Positions 17,511 to 27,685 of a DNA stretch of 39,724 nucleotides are shown piece after piece (position 1 is the first letter of the stretch; the number at the start of each line of letters is the position of its first letter). The stretch lies in the sequence record ON528720. One strand, written 5' to 3'. The position numbers and the translations under genes are program-made. The notes beneath the pieces were generated by a model that worked only from the letters and a program-made list of their open reading frames with translations, did not search any database and was not told the DNA's origin. Source of the stretch: Shigella phage ESh7.

Positions 17511-19916
17511 ATGGCTCTCATTAGTCAATCAATCAAGAACCTCAAGGGTGGTATCAGCCAACAGCCAGATATTCTCCGGTTCGCTGAACAAGGTAGCGTA
17601 CAGATTAACGGTTGGTCTTCTGAGTCCGGGGGTCTCCAGAAGCGCCCACCGATGATTCACCTTAAGACCCTTGGTGCCGCTGGGTATGTGGGTGCTCAAC
17701 CTTACGTCCACCTCATCAACCGCGATGAGTTCGAGCAGTATTTCGTTGTGTTCACTGGTGAAGACATTAAGGTGTTCGACCTCGATGGTAAGGAGTATCT
17801 AGTACGTGGAGACCGCTCTTATGTGCGCACAGCTAACCCACGGGAAGACCTTCGGATGGTAACGGTGGCAGACTATACCTTTGTGACAAACCGTAAGGTG
17901 GTTGTGCAGAGTAACGACCAATCGGTCAACCTTCCGGGCTTTAAAGACCAAGGCGATGCGCTGATTAATGTTCGTGGTGGGCAATATGGACGTAGGCTCT
18001 CAATCGAGTTCAACGGGGCTGAGCGTGCTGCTATTCAGCTACCAGACGGCTCACAACCAGCACACGTCAATGAGGTTGACGGTCAGACCATCGCTGAGAA
18101 GCTGGCGGCTAAGTTGCGGAATAACCTAGGGAATCCAAACAACGAGCAAGACCCGAATAAGTGGCGCTTCAACGTTGGCCCCGGATTCATCCATATCATT
18201 GCGCCTAATAACGATAACGTTTGGGGACTACAGACTAAGGATGGTTACGCAGACCAGCTAATCAACCCTGTAACCCACTACGCTCAGTCGTTCCAGAAGT
18301 TGCCGATTAACGCTCCAGATGGGTACATTGTGAAGATTGTAGGTGACACCTCAAAGACTGCCGACCAGTATTACGTTAGGTTCGACCTCAACCGTAAGGT
18401 ATGGGTAGAAACAATCGGCTGGAACACAAGGACTCACCTGCATTACCACACGATGCCTTGGGCGCTGGTACGTGCTTCTGACGGGAACTTTGACTTCAAG
18501 GTACTTGAGTGGGGCGCTCGTACTGTGGGTGATGATACAACTAACCCATACCCATCGTTTACCGGACAGACAATCAATGATATTTTCTTCTTCCGTAACC
18601 GTTTAGGCTTCCTTAGTGGGGAGAACATCATCTTGTCTCGCACCTCGAAATACTTCAACTTCTTCCCGGCCTCCGTGTCAAACTACTCCGACGATGACCC
18701 AATCGACGTTGCGGTTAGCCACAACCGGGTGTCAACCTTGAAGTATGCCGTTCCGTTCTCAGAAGAGTTGCTCCTATGGTCTGACCAAGCGCAGTTCGTT
18801 CTGACGGCTTCTGGTATCCTATCGAGTCGCTCCGTAGAGTTGAACCTTACGACTCAGTTTGATGTGCAAGACAGGGCGCGACCACACGGTGTTGGGCGTA
18901 ATGTGTACTTTGCGTCACCTCGCGCTTCCTTCACATCCATTAACAGATACTATGCGGTACAGGATGTAAGCTCTGTGAAGAACGCAGAGGACATGACGGC
19001 TCACGTTCCGAACTACATACCTAATGGGGTATTTAGTATCTCAGGCACAACCGCTGAGAACTTCGCGGCTATCCTTACGAGCGGAGCACCGAACCGGGTG
19101 TATATCTACAAGTTCCTCTATATCGATGAAGAAATCAGGCAGCAGTCGTGGTCTCATTGGGACTTTGGGGACAACGTTACGGTGTTTGCAGCACAGGTGA
19201 TAAACGCAACAATGACTGTATTGATGAGCAATGAACATGCTGTGTGGATTGGACGCTTACACTTCACGAAGAACTCCATAGACATTCCGGGAGAGCCTTA
19301 CAGATTATACATCGACGCTAAGAGGAAGTACACCATACCTGCCGGGACATACAACGATGATACCTACCAGACGTCCATAAGCCTCGCAGCGATTTATGGG
19401 ATGAACTTCACTAAGGGTAGAGTGTCTGTGGTCTTCCCTGATGGAAAGATTATAGAGGTAGACCCGCCAATCAACGGTTGGAGCAGTGACCCGGTGTTAC
19501 GACTCGATGGGAACCAAGAGGGCCAAGTGGTTTACATTGGGTTCAACATCCTGTTCACTTATACGTTCTCGAAGTTCCTCATCAAGAAGACTGTTGAGGA
19601 TGGCTCGACGGCTACCGAGGATATTGGTCGCTTACAGCTTCGGCGTGCGTGGGTAAACTATGAGGACTCTGGAGCGTTCACCATCCGTGTGAACAACCTG
19701 TCCCGCGAGTTCGTCTACACAATGGCTGGCGCTCGCTTGGGTTCCGACAATCTGCGTGTCGGTAGGTCGAACATTGGCACAGGGCAGTACCGATTCCCGG
19801 TGGTGGGTAATGCGCAGACGAACATAGTAACTATCGAGTCATACGCATCAACCCCACTGAACATCATTGGGTGTGGATGGGAGGGTAACTACCTTCGTCG
19901 TTCTTCTGGCATTTAA
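17511..19916 (+). CDS. 12: tail tubular protein B
   Basis: 801 aa; synteny. Confidence 0.9.
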   Translation: MALISQSIKNLKGGISQQPDILRFAEQGSVQINGWSSESGGLQKRPPMIHLKTLGAAGYVGAQPYVHLINRDEFEQYFVVFTGEDIKVFDLDGKEYLVRGDRSYVRTANPREDLRMVTVADYTFVTNRKVVVQSNDQSVNLPGFKDQGDALINVRGGQYGRRLSIEFNGAERAAIQLPDGSQPAHVNEVDGQTIAEKLAAKLRNNLGNPNNEQDPNKWRFNVGPGFIHIIAPNNDNVWGLQTKDGYADQLINPVTHYAQSFQKLPINAPDGYIVKIVGDTSKTADQYYVRFDLNRKVWVETIGWNTRTHLHYHTMPWALVRASDGNFDFKVLEWGARTVGDDTTNPYPSFTGQTINDIFFFRNRLGFLSGENIILSRTSKYFNFFPASVSNYSDDDPIDVAVSHNRVSTLKYAVPFSEELLLWSDQAQFVLTASGILSSRSVELNLTTQFDVQDRARPHGVGRNVYFASPRASFTSINRYYAVQDVSSVKNAEDMTAHVPNYIPNGVFSISGTTAENFAAILTSGAPNRVYIYKFLYIDEEIRQQSWSHWDFGDNVTVFAAQVINATMTVLMSNEHAVWIGRLHFTKNSIDIPGEPYRLYIDAKRKYTIPAGTYNDDTYQTSISLAAIYGMNFTKGRVSVVFPDGKIIEVDPPINGWSSDPVLRLDGNQEGQVVYIGFNILFTYTFSKFLIKKTVEDGSTATEDIGRLQLRRAWVNYEDSGAFTIRVNNLSREFVYTMAGARLGSDNLRVGRSNIGTGQYRFPVVGNAQTNIVTIESYASTPLNIIGCGWEGNYLRRSSGI

Positions 19917-19935
19917 CTTAAAGTCTCCCTGCGGT

Positions 19936-19959
19936 GAATTAACCCTCACTAAAGGGAGA
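19936..19959 (+). promoter_or_regulatory. T3 RNA polymerase promoter
   Basis: GAATTAACCCTCACTAAAGGGAGA. Confidence 0.8.
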
Positions 19960-19991
19960 CACTAATAGATACGAGGGGGTGTTAAAGCATT

Positions 19992-20408
19992 ATGTACATT
20001 ACAAAGTGTTTACAAAACCACGCTGACAACTTTCAGCCGTCCATAGAGGACATTCTGGAAGCTGAGGCACTAGGTGTTGAACCAAAGGTAATTCCTGATG
20101 AGAACACTGTGGCGATGCTGAGCGATAGCGCTGTGTTGGCAATCGGTGGCAATCAGGGAGACCGAGTGTGGTTCCTTACCTCTAAGTACGTCCCACTGTT
20201 TACCTTGAAGGAGCGCTTAGAGTTTCGTAGACTTATAATTGAATATCGTAATAAGATGCTAAGCCAGTATGAGTCAATTTGGAACTTCGTTTGGGTTGGC
20301 AATAAGTCACACATTCGTTTCCTAAAGACCATAGGCGCTGTGTTCCACAATGAATACACAGGAGGTGGTCAATTTCAACTATTCACAATCACAAGGAGGA
20401 ACCCTTGA
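19992..20408 (+). CDS. 13: internal virion / assembly protein gene 13 homolog
   Basis: 138 aa, same as T7 gp13; synteny. Confidence 0.8.
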   Translation: MYITKCLQNHADNFQPSIEDILEAEALGVEPKVIPDENTVAMLSDSAVLAIGGNQGDRVWFLTSKYVPLFTLKERLEFRRLIIEYRNKMLSQYESIWNFVWVGNKSHIRFLKTIGAVFHNEYTGGGQFQLFTITRRNP

Positions 20409-20791
20409 AGAAGTGCAGCAAGTGCTCCGAATTGAAGGAGCTAACAGAGTTCTATAAGGACAAGACCAAACCTGACGGCCTGCGGTGTTCCTGCAAGGCT
20501 TGCCAAGGTGAGACCAAGAAGTCCTATCGAGTCATCAAGGATAGAAACCTTCGGCGTCTATATGGAATCGGTCTGAATGAGTATGAAGAAATGCTCGCTA
20601 AGCAGAATGGCGTCTGTGCAATCTGCGGTATTACCGAGAGAGTTGAGGGACGGGCGTTAGCGGTTGACCATTGCCACGCCACTGGCGCTGTTCGTGGTCT
20701 CCTTTGCTCTGCCTGTAACATCGCTCTTGGGAAATTCGAGGACGACACCGAGCGTCTTCGGAAGGCAATCACTTACCTAAGAGGAGAATAA
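20405..20791 (+). CDS. endonuclease VII-like / HNH-type nuclease with N-terminal zinc ribbon
   Basis: TTG start 6 nt after AAGGAGGA; CSKC...CSCKAC then CAICG...LAVDHCHATGAVRGLLCSACNIALGKF, the DHxH...RGLLCxxCN signature of the endonuclease VII fold. Confidence 0.7.
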   Translation: MKKCSKCSELKELTEFYKDKTKPDGLRCSCKACQGETKKSYRVIKDRNLRRLYGIGLNEYEEMLAKQNGVCAICGITERVEGRALAVDHCHATGAVRGLLCSACNIALGKFEDDTERLRKAITYLRGE

Positions 20792-20793
20792 CT

Positions 20794-21387
20794 ATGTGCT
20801 GGATGGCAGCGATTCCTATCGCCATGATGGGTGCCCAAGCTCTGAGTAGCCAGAACAGTGCTGACAAGGCGCGAGTGGCACAGACCGAAGCTGGACGCCG
20901 ACAGGCGATGGAGATGGTCAAAGAGATGAATATCCAAAATGCCAACGCCTCGCTGGAACAACGGGACGCACTTGAAGCTGCATCCTCTGAGTTGACTTCA
21001 CGTAACATGCAGAAGGTACAAGCTATGGGAACCATCCGTGCAGCTATCGGCGAGAGTATGCTAGAAGGCGAATCCATGAAGCGCATCAAGCGTATCGAAG
21101 AGGGCAACTACATTCGGGAGGCAAATAGTGTCACCGAGAATTACCGCCGAGACTACGCGAGTATCTTTGCGCAACAGTTGGGACGCACTCAGTCAACAGC
21201 AAGTCAAGTCGATTCAATATACAAGAGCGAGGCCAAGGGTAAGTCTGGTCTGATGCGTGTACTAGACCCTCTGTCCATTATGGGTCAGGAAGCTGCAAGT
21301 CAATATGCGGCTGGTGGATTTGACAAGAAAGGTGGAAACCAAGCAGCACCTATCAGTGCCGCCAAAGGAACCAAGACCGGGAGGTAA
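20794..21387 (+). CDS. 14: internal virion protein B
   Basis: 197 aa; synteny. Confidence 0.85.
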   Translation: MCWMAAIPIAMMGAQALSSQNSADKARVAQTEAGRRQAMEMVKEMNIQNANASLEQRDALEAASSELTSRNMQKVQAMGTIRAAIGESMLEGESMKRIKRIEEGNYIREANSVTENYRRDYASIFAQQLGRTQSTASQVDSIYKSEAKGKSGLMRVLDPLSIMGQEAASQYAAGGFDKKGGNQAAPISAAKGTKTGR

Positions 21388-21389
21388 TA

Positions 21390-23633
21390 ATGGCTAGTAA
21401 ACTAAATAGTGTTTTAGGCAACATGGCGACTCCCGGTATGGAACGACTCCGGGGCGTCAAAGGTATGGACTACCGAGCAGCAACCATTCAGGCTGAACAA
21501 CCAAGAGCGAGTCTTCTGGACTCCATTGTTCGATTCGCTAAGGCTGGTGCCGATATGTACATGGCGAAAGATGAACGCGATAAGCAACGAGCCGATGAGC
21601 GCTCCAACGAGATTATCCGTAAGCTGACCCCTGAGCAGCGCCGACAGGCTATCCAGAATGGTACACTGCTGTATCAGGATGACCCATACGCAATGCAAGC
21701 CTTGAAGTTCAAGACCGGGCGTAACGCTGCGTTCCTCGTTGACGATGAGGTTCAACAGGCCATCAAAGAGGGTCGCTTCCGTACTCGTGAAGAGATGGAG
21801 CAGTATCGTCACTCACGCCTACAGGAGCACTCGAAGTCGTTCGCTGAGCAGTTCGGCATCAATGAGATGGACGAGGAGTACCAGAAGGGTTTCAATGCGA
21901 ACATCACCGAGCGCAACATCGCTCTGTATGGGGCACATGATACCTTCCTGAGTGACCAAGCGCAGAAGGGTGCAATCCTGAACTCGAAGGTTGAACTCAA
22001 TGGTGTCCTGTCTGACCCTGACCTTCTGTCTAGTCCTGAGTCCGGTGAGTTCTTCCAGAACTACATTGACAACTCCTTGGTGACAGGGATGACCGACAAT
22101 CAGGCTCAACAGGTTATCTCTTCGTCCCTGAATGACGTGCTACAGCGTCCGGGTGGTGCCGCCTTCTTGCAGAACATTGAGAACCGCAAGGTGACTCTTA
22201 ATGGCGCTACGACTACCTATCGTGAACTGATGGGTGACGAACAGTGGCAGGCCATGATGATTAAGGCACAGCACACTCAATTCCAGAACAACGCTAAGTT
22301 AACCGAGAAGTTCCGACTGGATATTAACTCAGCGCTTAACCAAGCGGACACTGGTAAAGGTTGGGAGACTCTTCAAGGTATCAAGGCCGAACTTGATAAG
22401 ATTCAGCCGGGTGAAGAGATGACCCCTGAGCGCGAGTGGTTGATTTCCGCACAGGAACAGATGCGTACCCGCTTCAAGCAGGAACAGGCTGAGACAGCCA
22501 AGCTGATGGACAAGCAACAGAAGACCCTGAATAAATATTTGGTCATCGACAAGCAGTTCCAGAAGCGCCTCAATGGTGAATACGTCTCGACCAACTATAA
22601 GGACATGCCGACCAACGAGAACACTGGTGAGTTTACACATAGCGATATGGTCAACTACGCGAACCAGAAGTTAGCGGAAATCGAGGCGATGGACTTAACA
22701 CCTGAACAGAAAGACAAACTGAAATTGGACTACCTACGGGCAGACTCCAAGGAAGGTGCTTTCCGTGCGGCGTTTGGTGAGATGATTACGGACGCGGGTA
22801 ACGAGTGGCAGGCTGCGGTGATTAACGGTAAGATGCCTGAGAGCACACCAGCGATGGACAACCTTCGTCGCATCCGCAACACTGACCCTGACCTGATTGC
22901 CTCTCTGTATCCCGACAAGGCCGAGTTGTTCCTGACGATGGACATGTTGGATAACCAAGGTATCGACACGCAGGTTCTTATTGACGCTGATAAGTCCCGC
23001 GCACAGAAGACCAAGGAGATGCAGTTTGAGGATGACCGAGCGTGGGCTGCTATGATGAACGATTCAAAGAATCCTCAAATCAAGTACATGCCTTCGAGCG
23101 TCCAAGGGTATGCCCGGAAGATTTATGATTCCGTGAAGTACCGGACAGGGAACCCTGACATGGCAACCGAACAGGTCGCAAAGTTCCTCTCTGATTCAAC
23201 GACTACGTTCTCCAGTAGTGATGTTGATGGCGATACCTATGGTGTCCTGCCGAAGAACATCCTTACTGTTTCGGATGACCCTAAGTCGTGGGAGCAAGGG
23301 AAGAACATTCTGGACGAAGCCATTAAGGGAATCACAGCGGCGAACCCTTGGATTACCAACAAGCAACTGACGGTGTACCAGCAAGGCGATTCAATCTACC
23401 TGATGGACACAACCGGACAGGTTCGCATTCGGTATGACCAAGAGTTGCTCCAGCGTGAGTACCAGCGTACCGCACAGATGCAAGCTGAGGCAGCACGAGA
23501 GAAAGCCATCAAAGAGGCCAACAAGCGTGCCCCAATAAGTCGTGCAACACAGGCGCGTGAAGAAGCGCGTAAACGTGTCCAAGAGAAACGGAAGAAGACT
23601 CCGAAGTACATCTATGGACGTAAAGAAGACTAA
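21390..23633 (+). CDS. 15: internal virion protein C
   Basis: 747 aa, same as T7 gp15; synteny. Confidence 0.9.
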   Translation: MASKLNSVLGNMATPGMERLRGVKGMDYRAATIQAEQPRASLLDSIVRFAKAGADMYMAKDERDKQRADERSNEIIRKLTPEQRRQAIQNGTLLYQDDPYAMQALKFKTGRNAAFLVDDEVQQAIKEGRFRTREEMEQYRHSRLQEHSKSFAEQFGINEMDEEYQKGFNANITERNIALYGAHDTFLSDQAQKGAILNSKVELNGVLSDPDLLSSPESGEFFQNYIDNSLVTGMTDNQAQQVISSSLNDVLQRPGGAAFLQNIENRKVTLNGATTTYRELMGDEQWQAMMIKAQHTQFQNNAKLTEKFRLDINSALNQADTGKGWETLQGIKAELDKIQPGEEMTPEREWLISAQEQMRTRFKQEQAETAKLMDKQQKTLNKYLVIDKQFQKRLNGEYVSTNYKDMPTNENTGEFTHSDMVNYANQKLAEIEAMDLTPEQKDKLKLDYLRADSKEGAFRAAFGEMITDAGNEWQAAVINGKMPESTPAMDNLRRIRNTDPDLIASLYPDKAELFLTMDMLDNQGIDTQVLIDADKSRAQKTKEMQFEDDRAWAAMMNDSKNPQIKYMPSSVQGYARKIYDSVKYRTGNPDMATEQVAKFLSDSTTTFSSSDVDGDTYGVLPKNILTVSDDPKSWEQGKNILDEAIKGITAANPWITNKQLTVYQQGDSIYLMDTTGQVRIRYDQELLQREYQRTAQMQAEAAREKAIKEANKRAPISRATQAREEARKRVQEKRKKTPKYIYGRKED

Positions 23634-23651
23634 CAGTGATAAGGAGGCTCC

Positions 23652-26600
23652 ATGAGCTACGATAAGAACAAACCTAGCGAGTTCGATGGGTTATTTCAAA
23701 AAGCGGCAGACAAACATGGGGTCTCCTATGACCTGCTTCGTAAATTAGCATTCAACGAGTCCAGTTTCAATCCAAAGGCCAAATCGCCAACTGGCCCGAA
23801 GGGTCTCATGCAGTTCACCAAAGGTACAGCCACTGCGCTTGGCCTCAAGGTTACTGACGCTGATGATGATGACCGTTACAACCCTGAGTTGGCTGTGGAT
23901 GCAGCCGCTCGTCACCTGAGTGACCTCATTCGGAAGTACGATGGGGATGAACTCAAAGCCGCCTTGGCGTATAATCAGGGCGAGGGACGCAACGGTGCTC
24001 CGCAGATACAGGCTTATGATAAAGGCGATTGGGCCTCAATATCTGAGGAAGGTCGTAACTACATGCGTAACCTGATGGATGTAGCCAATAGCCCACGTAA
24101 GGGAGACTTGGAGGCGTTCGGTGGTATCACCCCAAAGGCTAAGGGTATTCCATCTGAGGAAGCCTTTGCGGGAATCGGGAAGAAGCAGACGGTAGGCACT
24201 GACCTGCCGGAGTCAACTGGATTCAAAGTGGAGGGTAAAGAGCAGCAAGCACCTAACGTGCCTTATGCTAAGGACTTTTGGGAAAAGACTGGAACAACAC
24301 TGGACGAGTTTAATTCTCGTTCAACCTTCTTCGGAATCGGAGATGCCACAAGTGCAGAACTTCACAACTCCGTATTGGGTGTGGCTTTTCGTGCCGCTCG
24401 TAGTGATGACGGTTTTGATTTATTCAAGGACACCATTACTCCGACTCGCTGGAACAGCCATACGTGGACTCCAGAAGAGTTAGAGCGTATCCGTAAGGAA
24501 GTGAAGAACCCATCGTACATCAACGTAGTCACTGGAGGCTCTCCTGAGAATCTGGACGCCCTCATTAAGATGGCGAATGACAACTACGAGATGGACGCGC
24601 GGTCTGCAGATGCTGGTGTTGGTGCCAAACTTACTGCTGGTATCGTCGGTGCTGGTGTAGACCCGCTGAGTTACGTGCCGCTAGTAGGCGTAGCCGGGAA
24701 GGGTCTCAAGGTGGTTAACAAGGCTTTCATTGTTGGTACTCAAAGTGCTGGCCTCGCTGTTGCCTCTGAGGGTATCCGTACATCAATCGCTGGTGGAGAA
24801 GCCCACTATGCTGATGCTGCTTTAGGCGGTCTGATGTTCGGTGCTGGTATGAGTGCAATCAGTGACGCTATCGCTGCTGGTATTCGTCGTTCCCGTGGGA
24901 CTGAGGTTGTTAATGACTTCGCTCCTATGGCACACCGATTGGAAGCCCGTGAGACCGCTCTGAACTCTGGTGGTGAAGACCTGACCCGTATGCCGAGCGA
25001 GAACCGTGTGTTCGACCGTGAGCACGCTGGCGTTGAGTATTCACCTCTGGAGACCGAGCCGGGTGCCGTTGTGTTACCTCAAGGTCAAATCCTGAGCGAC
25101 ACCAACCCGTTGAACCCTCAGACTCTTAGCGAGTTCGAGGCGGTCAACCCTGAGCGTGCCGCTCGTGGTATCTCTTTGGGCGGCTTCACTGAGATTGGCT
25201 TGAAGACTCTACGCTCTGAGAACCCGACTGTTCGCTCCATTGCGAGTGACCTTGTGCGTTCTCCAACAGGGATGGAATCAGGCTCTAATGGTAAGTTCGG
25301 TGCGACTGCTTCTGACATTAAGGAGCGGCTCCACGCGAACAATCAGCGCACCTACAATCAGCTTTATGATGCTGTGCGTACTGCAATGAAAGACCCCGAG
25401 TTCTCCACGGGTGGTGCCACAATGAGCCGTAAGGAAATCCGACAGGAAATCTACAAGCGTGCAGCCTTGGCGATTGAGCGACCTGAGCTTCAAGCAAACC
25501 TGACAAAGGGTGAGCGGAACGTGATGAACATACTCAAGCAGCACTTTGACCTCAAACGTGAAATCATGGAGAACCCGTCAATCTTCGGCAACACCAAGGC
25601 GGTCAGTATCTTCCCCGGCTCACGCCACAAGGGAACCTACGTGCCAAACGTGTACGACCGCGCTATCAAGATTGAGATGGTTAAACGTTACGGTAATGAT
25701 GGCTTGCAGCGAGCAATCGCGGAGTCATGGTTGACGTCTTATCGTGCTCGTCCAGAAGTCAAGGCGAGGGTCGATGAGTACCTGATGGAACTTAACGGTC
25801 TCAAATCCGTGCAGGAAGTTACGCCTGAGATGGTGCAGAAGCACGCGATGGATAAGGCGTATGGTATTTCACACACTGACCAGTTCTCTGCCTCCTCTGT
25901 CATTGATGATAACATTGAGGGTCTGGGGGGTATCGAGAACAACAACTTCTTGGAAGCCCGTAACATGTTCGACAGTGACATGGCGGTGACTCTTCCTGAC
26001 GGTAACACGTTCTCTGTGAATGACCTGCGTACCTATGACATGGCCGAAATTCTGCCTGCATACGACCGACGAGTAGATGGCGATGTTGCAATCATGGGCG
26101 GTTCCGGTAAGACTACCAAAGACCTGAAAGATGAAATCATGGCGCTGGATAAGCAGTCAGAGGGTAACGGCACACTGAAAGGTGAAGTGGAAGCTCTCAA
26201 GGACACCGTGAAGATTCTTACTGGTCGTGCTCGTAGGAACCCGGAAGGCGCTTGGGGTACAGCCCTGCGCTCCGTAAATGACCTCACGTTCTTTGCTAAG
26301 AACGCCTATATGGGCGCACAGAACGTTACTGAAATCGCTGGTATGCTGGCGAAGGGTAACGTCTCTGCGATAACTCATGGCATCCCTATGATTAACGATT
26401 GGGTCAACCGTGGTAAACCGCTTCGTGCCTCTGAGATTAGGGAGATACACGGGATGGTGTTCGGTAAGGAACTAGACCAACTAATCCGTCCGGGACGTGA
26501 AGACCACGTGCGCCGACTCCGGGAGTCTACGGACACCAGCGCTGCGGTTGCCAATGTGGTCGGTACGATTCGTTTCGGTACTCAAGAGTTGGCTGCACGC

Positions 26601-27614
26601 TCTCCTTGGACAATGCTCCTAAATGGAACATCAAACTACATTCTTGATGCTGCCCGTCAGGGTGTGCTTGGGGATGTGGCTGGAGCGGCCCTTGCTGGGA
26701 AAGCCTCTAAGTTCGGTAAGGCAAACTACCTTAAGTCTGCCTCTATCAGCCCTGAGCAGTGGAATGGAATCAAGCAGTTGTTCAGAGACCATGCGACTCG
26801 TGGAGAAGACGGTAAGTTCACAATTCGTGACAAACAGGCTTTCGCTAACGACCCACGTTCAATGGATTTGTGGCGACTTGCTGACAAGGTAGCTGATGAG
26901 ACTATACTGCGCCCTCACAAGGTTTCCTCACAGGACTCCAAAGCGTTCGGTGCAGGGGTGAAGATGGTGATGCAATTTAAGAACTTCGTCATCAAGTCCC
27001 TGAACTCCCGGTTTGTCCGTAGCTTCTACGAGGCAACGAAGAACAACCGAGCGTTAGACCAAGCGTTGACTCACATCATCTCTTTGGGTCTAGCTGGTGG
27101 TTACTACGTTGCGCAGGCGCACCTTAAGGCCGCAAGCCTACAGGAGCACAAACGTAAGGAGTACCTCAAGAACGCCCTTGACCCTAAGATGATTGCTCAT
27201 GCATCAATCTCTCGTAGTTCACACTTAGGCTCACCATTGAGTATCTACGACATGTTCGCTGGGATGGCTGGTAGTGATACCTATAAGTACACCCGCTCTA
27301 CGGTGCTCCCTAAAGAGTCCGAGAAGCGTGACCCTAACAAGGCAGTGACAGGTAGACAGGTGGCTTCAACTATCGCAGGTGCAGTTGGTGAGCAGGTTCC
27401 GGGTTTAGGTTTTGTGGGTTCTGTGGGCGCAACAGCTATTAACGCCGCTTCCCTGCTGTCTTCTCCAAACAAGGCTACCGCTCTGGAGTTCCGTACAGGA
27501 CTCTTCAACACCTCTCGTGAGTTGATTCCTAATGACCCGCTATCGCAGCAACTCATTATGAAAATCTACGAGGCCAACGGTATCCGCATAAAGGAGACGC
27601 CGAAGAAACAATAA
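23652..27614 (+). CDS. 16: internal virion protein D with N-terminal lytic transglycosylase domain
   Basis: 1320 aa; N-terminal ...PKGLMQFTKGTA...ALAYNQGEG resembles SLT domain; synteny. Confidence 0.9.
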   Translation: MSYDKNKPSEFDGLFQKAADKHGVSYDLLRKLAFNESSFNPKAKSPTGPKGLMQFTKGTATALGLKVTDADDDDRYNPELAVDAAARHLSDLIRKYDGDELKAALAYNQGEGRNGAPQIQAYDKGDWASISEEGRNYMRNLMDVANSPRKGDLEAFGGITPKAKGIPSEEAFAGIGKKQTVGTDLPESTGFKVEGKEQQAPNVPYAKDFWEKTGTTLDEFNSRSTFFGIGDATSAELHNSVLGVAFRAARSDDGFDLFKDTITPTRWNSHTWTPEELERIRKEVKNPSYINVVTGGSPENLDALIKMANDNYEMDARSADAGVGAKLTAGIVGAGVDPLSYVPLVGVAGKGLKVVNKAFIVGTQSAGLAVASEGIRTSIAGGEAHYADAALGGLMFGAGMSAISDAIAAGIRRSRGTEVVNDFAPMAHRLEARETALNSGGEDLTRMPSENRVFDREHAGVEYSPLETEPGAVVLPQGQILSDTNPLNPQTLSEFEAVNPERAARGISLGGFTEIGLKTLRSENPTVRSIASDLVRSPTGMESGSNGKFGATASDIKERLHANNQRTYNQLYDAVRTAMKDPEFSTGGATMSRKEIRQEIYKRAALAIERPELQANLTKGERNVMNILKQHFDLKREIMENPSIFGNTKAVSIFPGSRHKGTYVPNVYDRAIKIEMVKRYGNDGLQRAIAESWLTSYRARPEVKARVDEYLMELNGLKSVQEVTPEMVQKHAMDKAYGISHTDQFSASSVIDDNIEGLGGIENNNFLEARNMFDSDMAVTLPDGNTFSVNDLRTYDMAEILPAYDRRVDGDVAIMGGSGKTTKDLKDEIMALDKQSEGNGTLKGEVEALKDTVKILTGRARRNPEGAWGTALRSVNDLTFFAKNAYMGAQNVTEIAGMLAKGNVSAITHGIPMINDWVNRGKPLRASEIREIHGMVFGKELDQLIRPGREDHVRRLRESTDTSAAVANVVGTIRFGTQELAARSPWTMLLNGTSNYILDAARQGVLGDVAGAALAGKASKFGKANYLKSASISPEQWNGIKQLFRDHATRGEDGKFTIRDKQAFANDPRSMDLWRLADKVADETILRPHKVSSQDSKAFGAGVKMVMQFKNFVIKSLNSRFVRSFYEATKNNRALDQALTHIISLGLAGGYYVAQAHLKAASLQEHKRKEYLKNALDPKMIAHASISRSSHLGSPLSIYDMFAGMAGSDTYKYTRSTVLPKESEKRDPNKAVTGRQVASTIAGAVGEQVPGLGFVGSVGATAINAASLLSSPNKATALEFRTGLFNTSRELIPNDPLSQQLIMKIYEANGIRIKETPKKQ

Positions 27615-27632
27615 ACCCTCACTAAAGGGAGA
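27610..27632 (+). promoter_or_regulatory. T3 RNA polymerase promoter
   Basis: AATAAACCCTCACTAAAGGGAGAG; gene 16 stop inside it. Confidence 0.8.
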
Positions 27633-27685
27633 GAGGTCACATTCTGGCCTCTTCTCTCCTAATGCTAATTTATAAAGGAGGTCAC

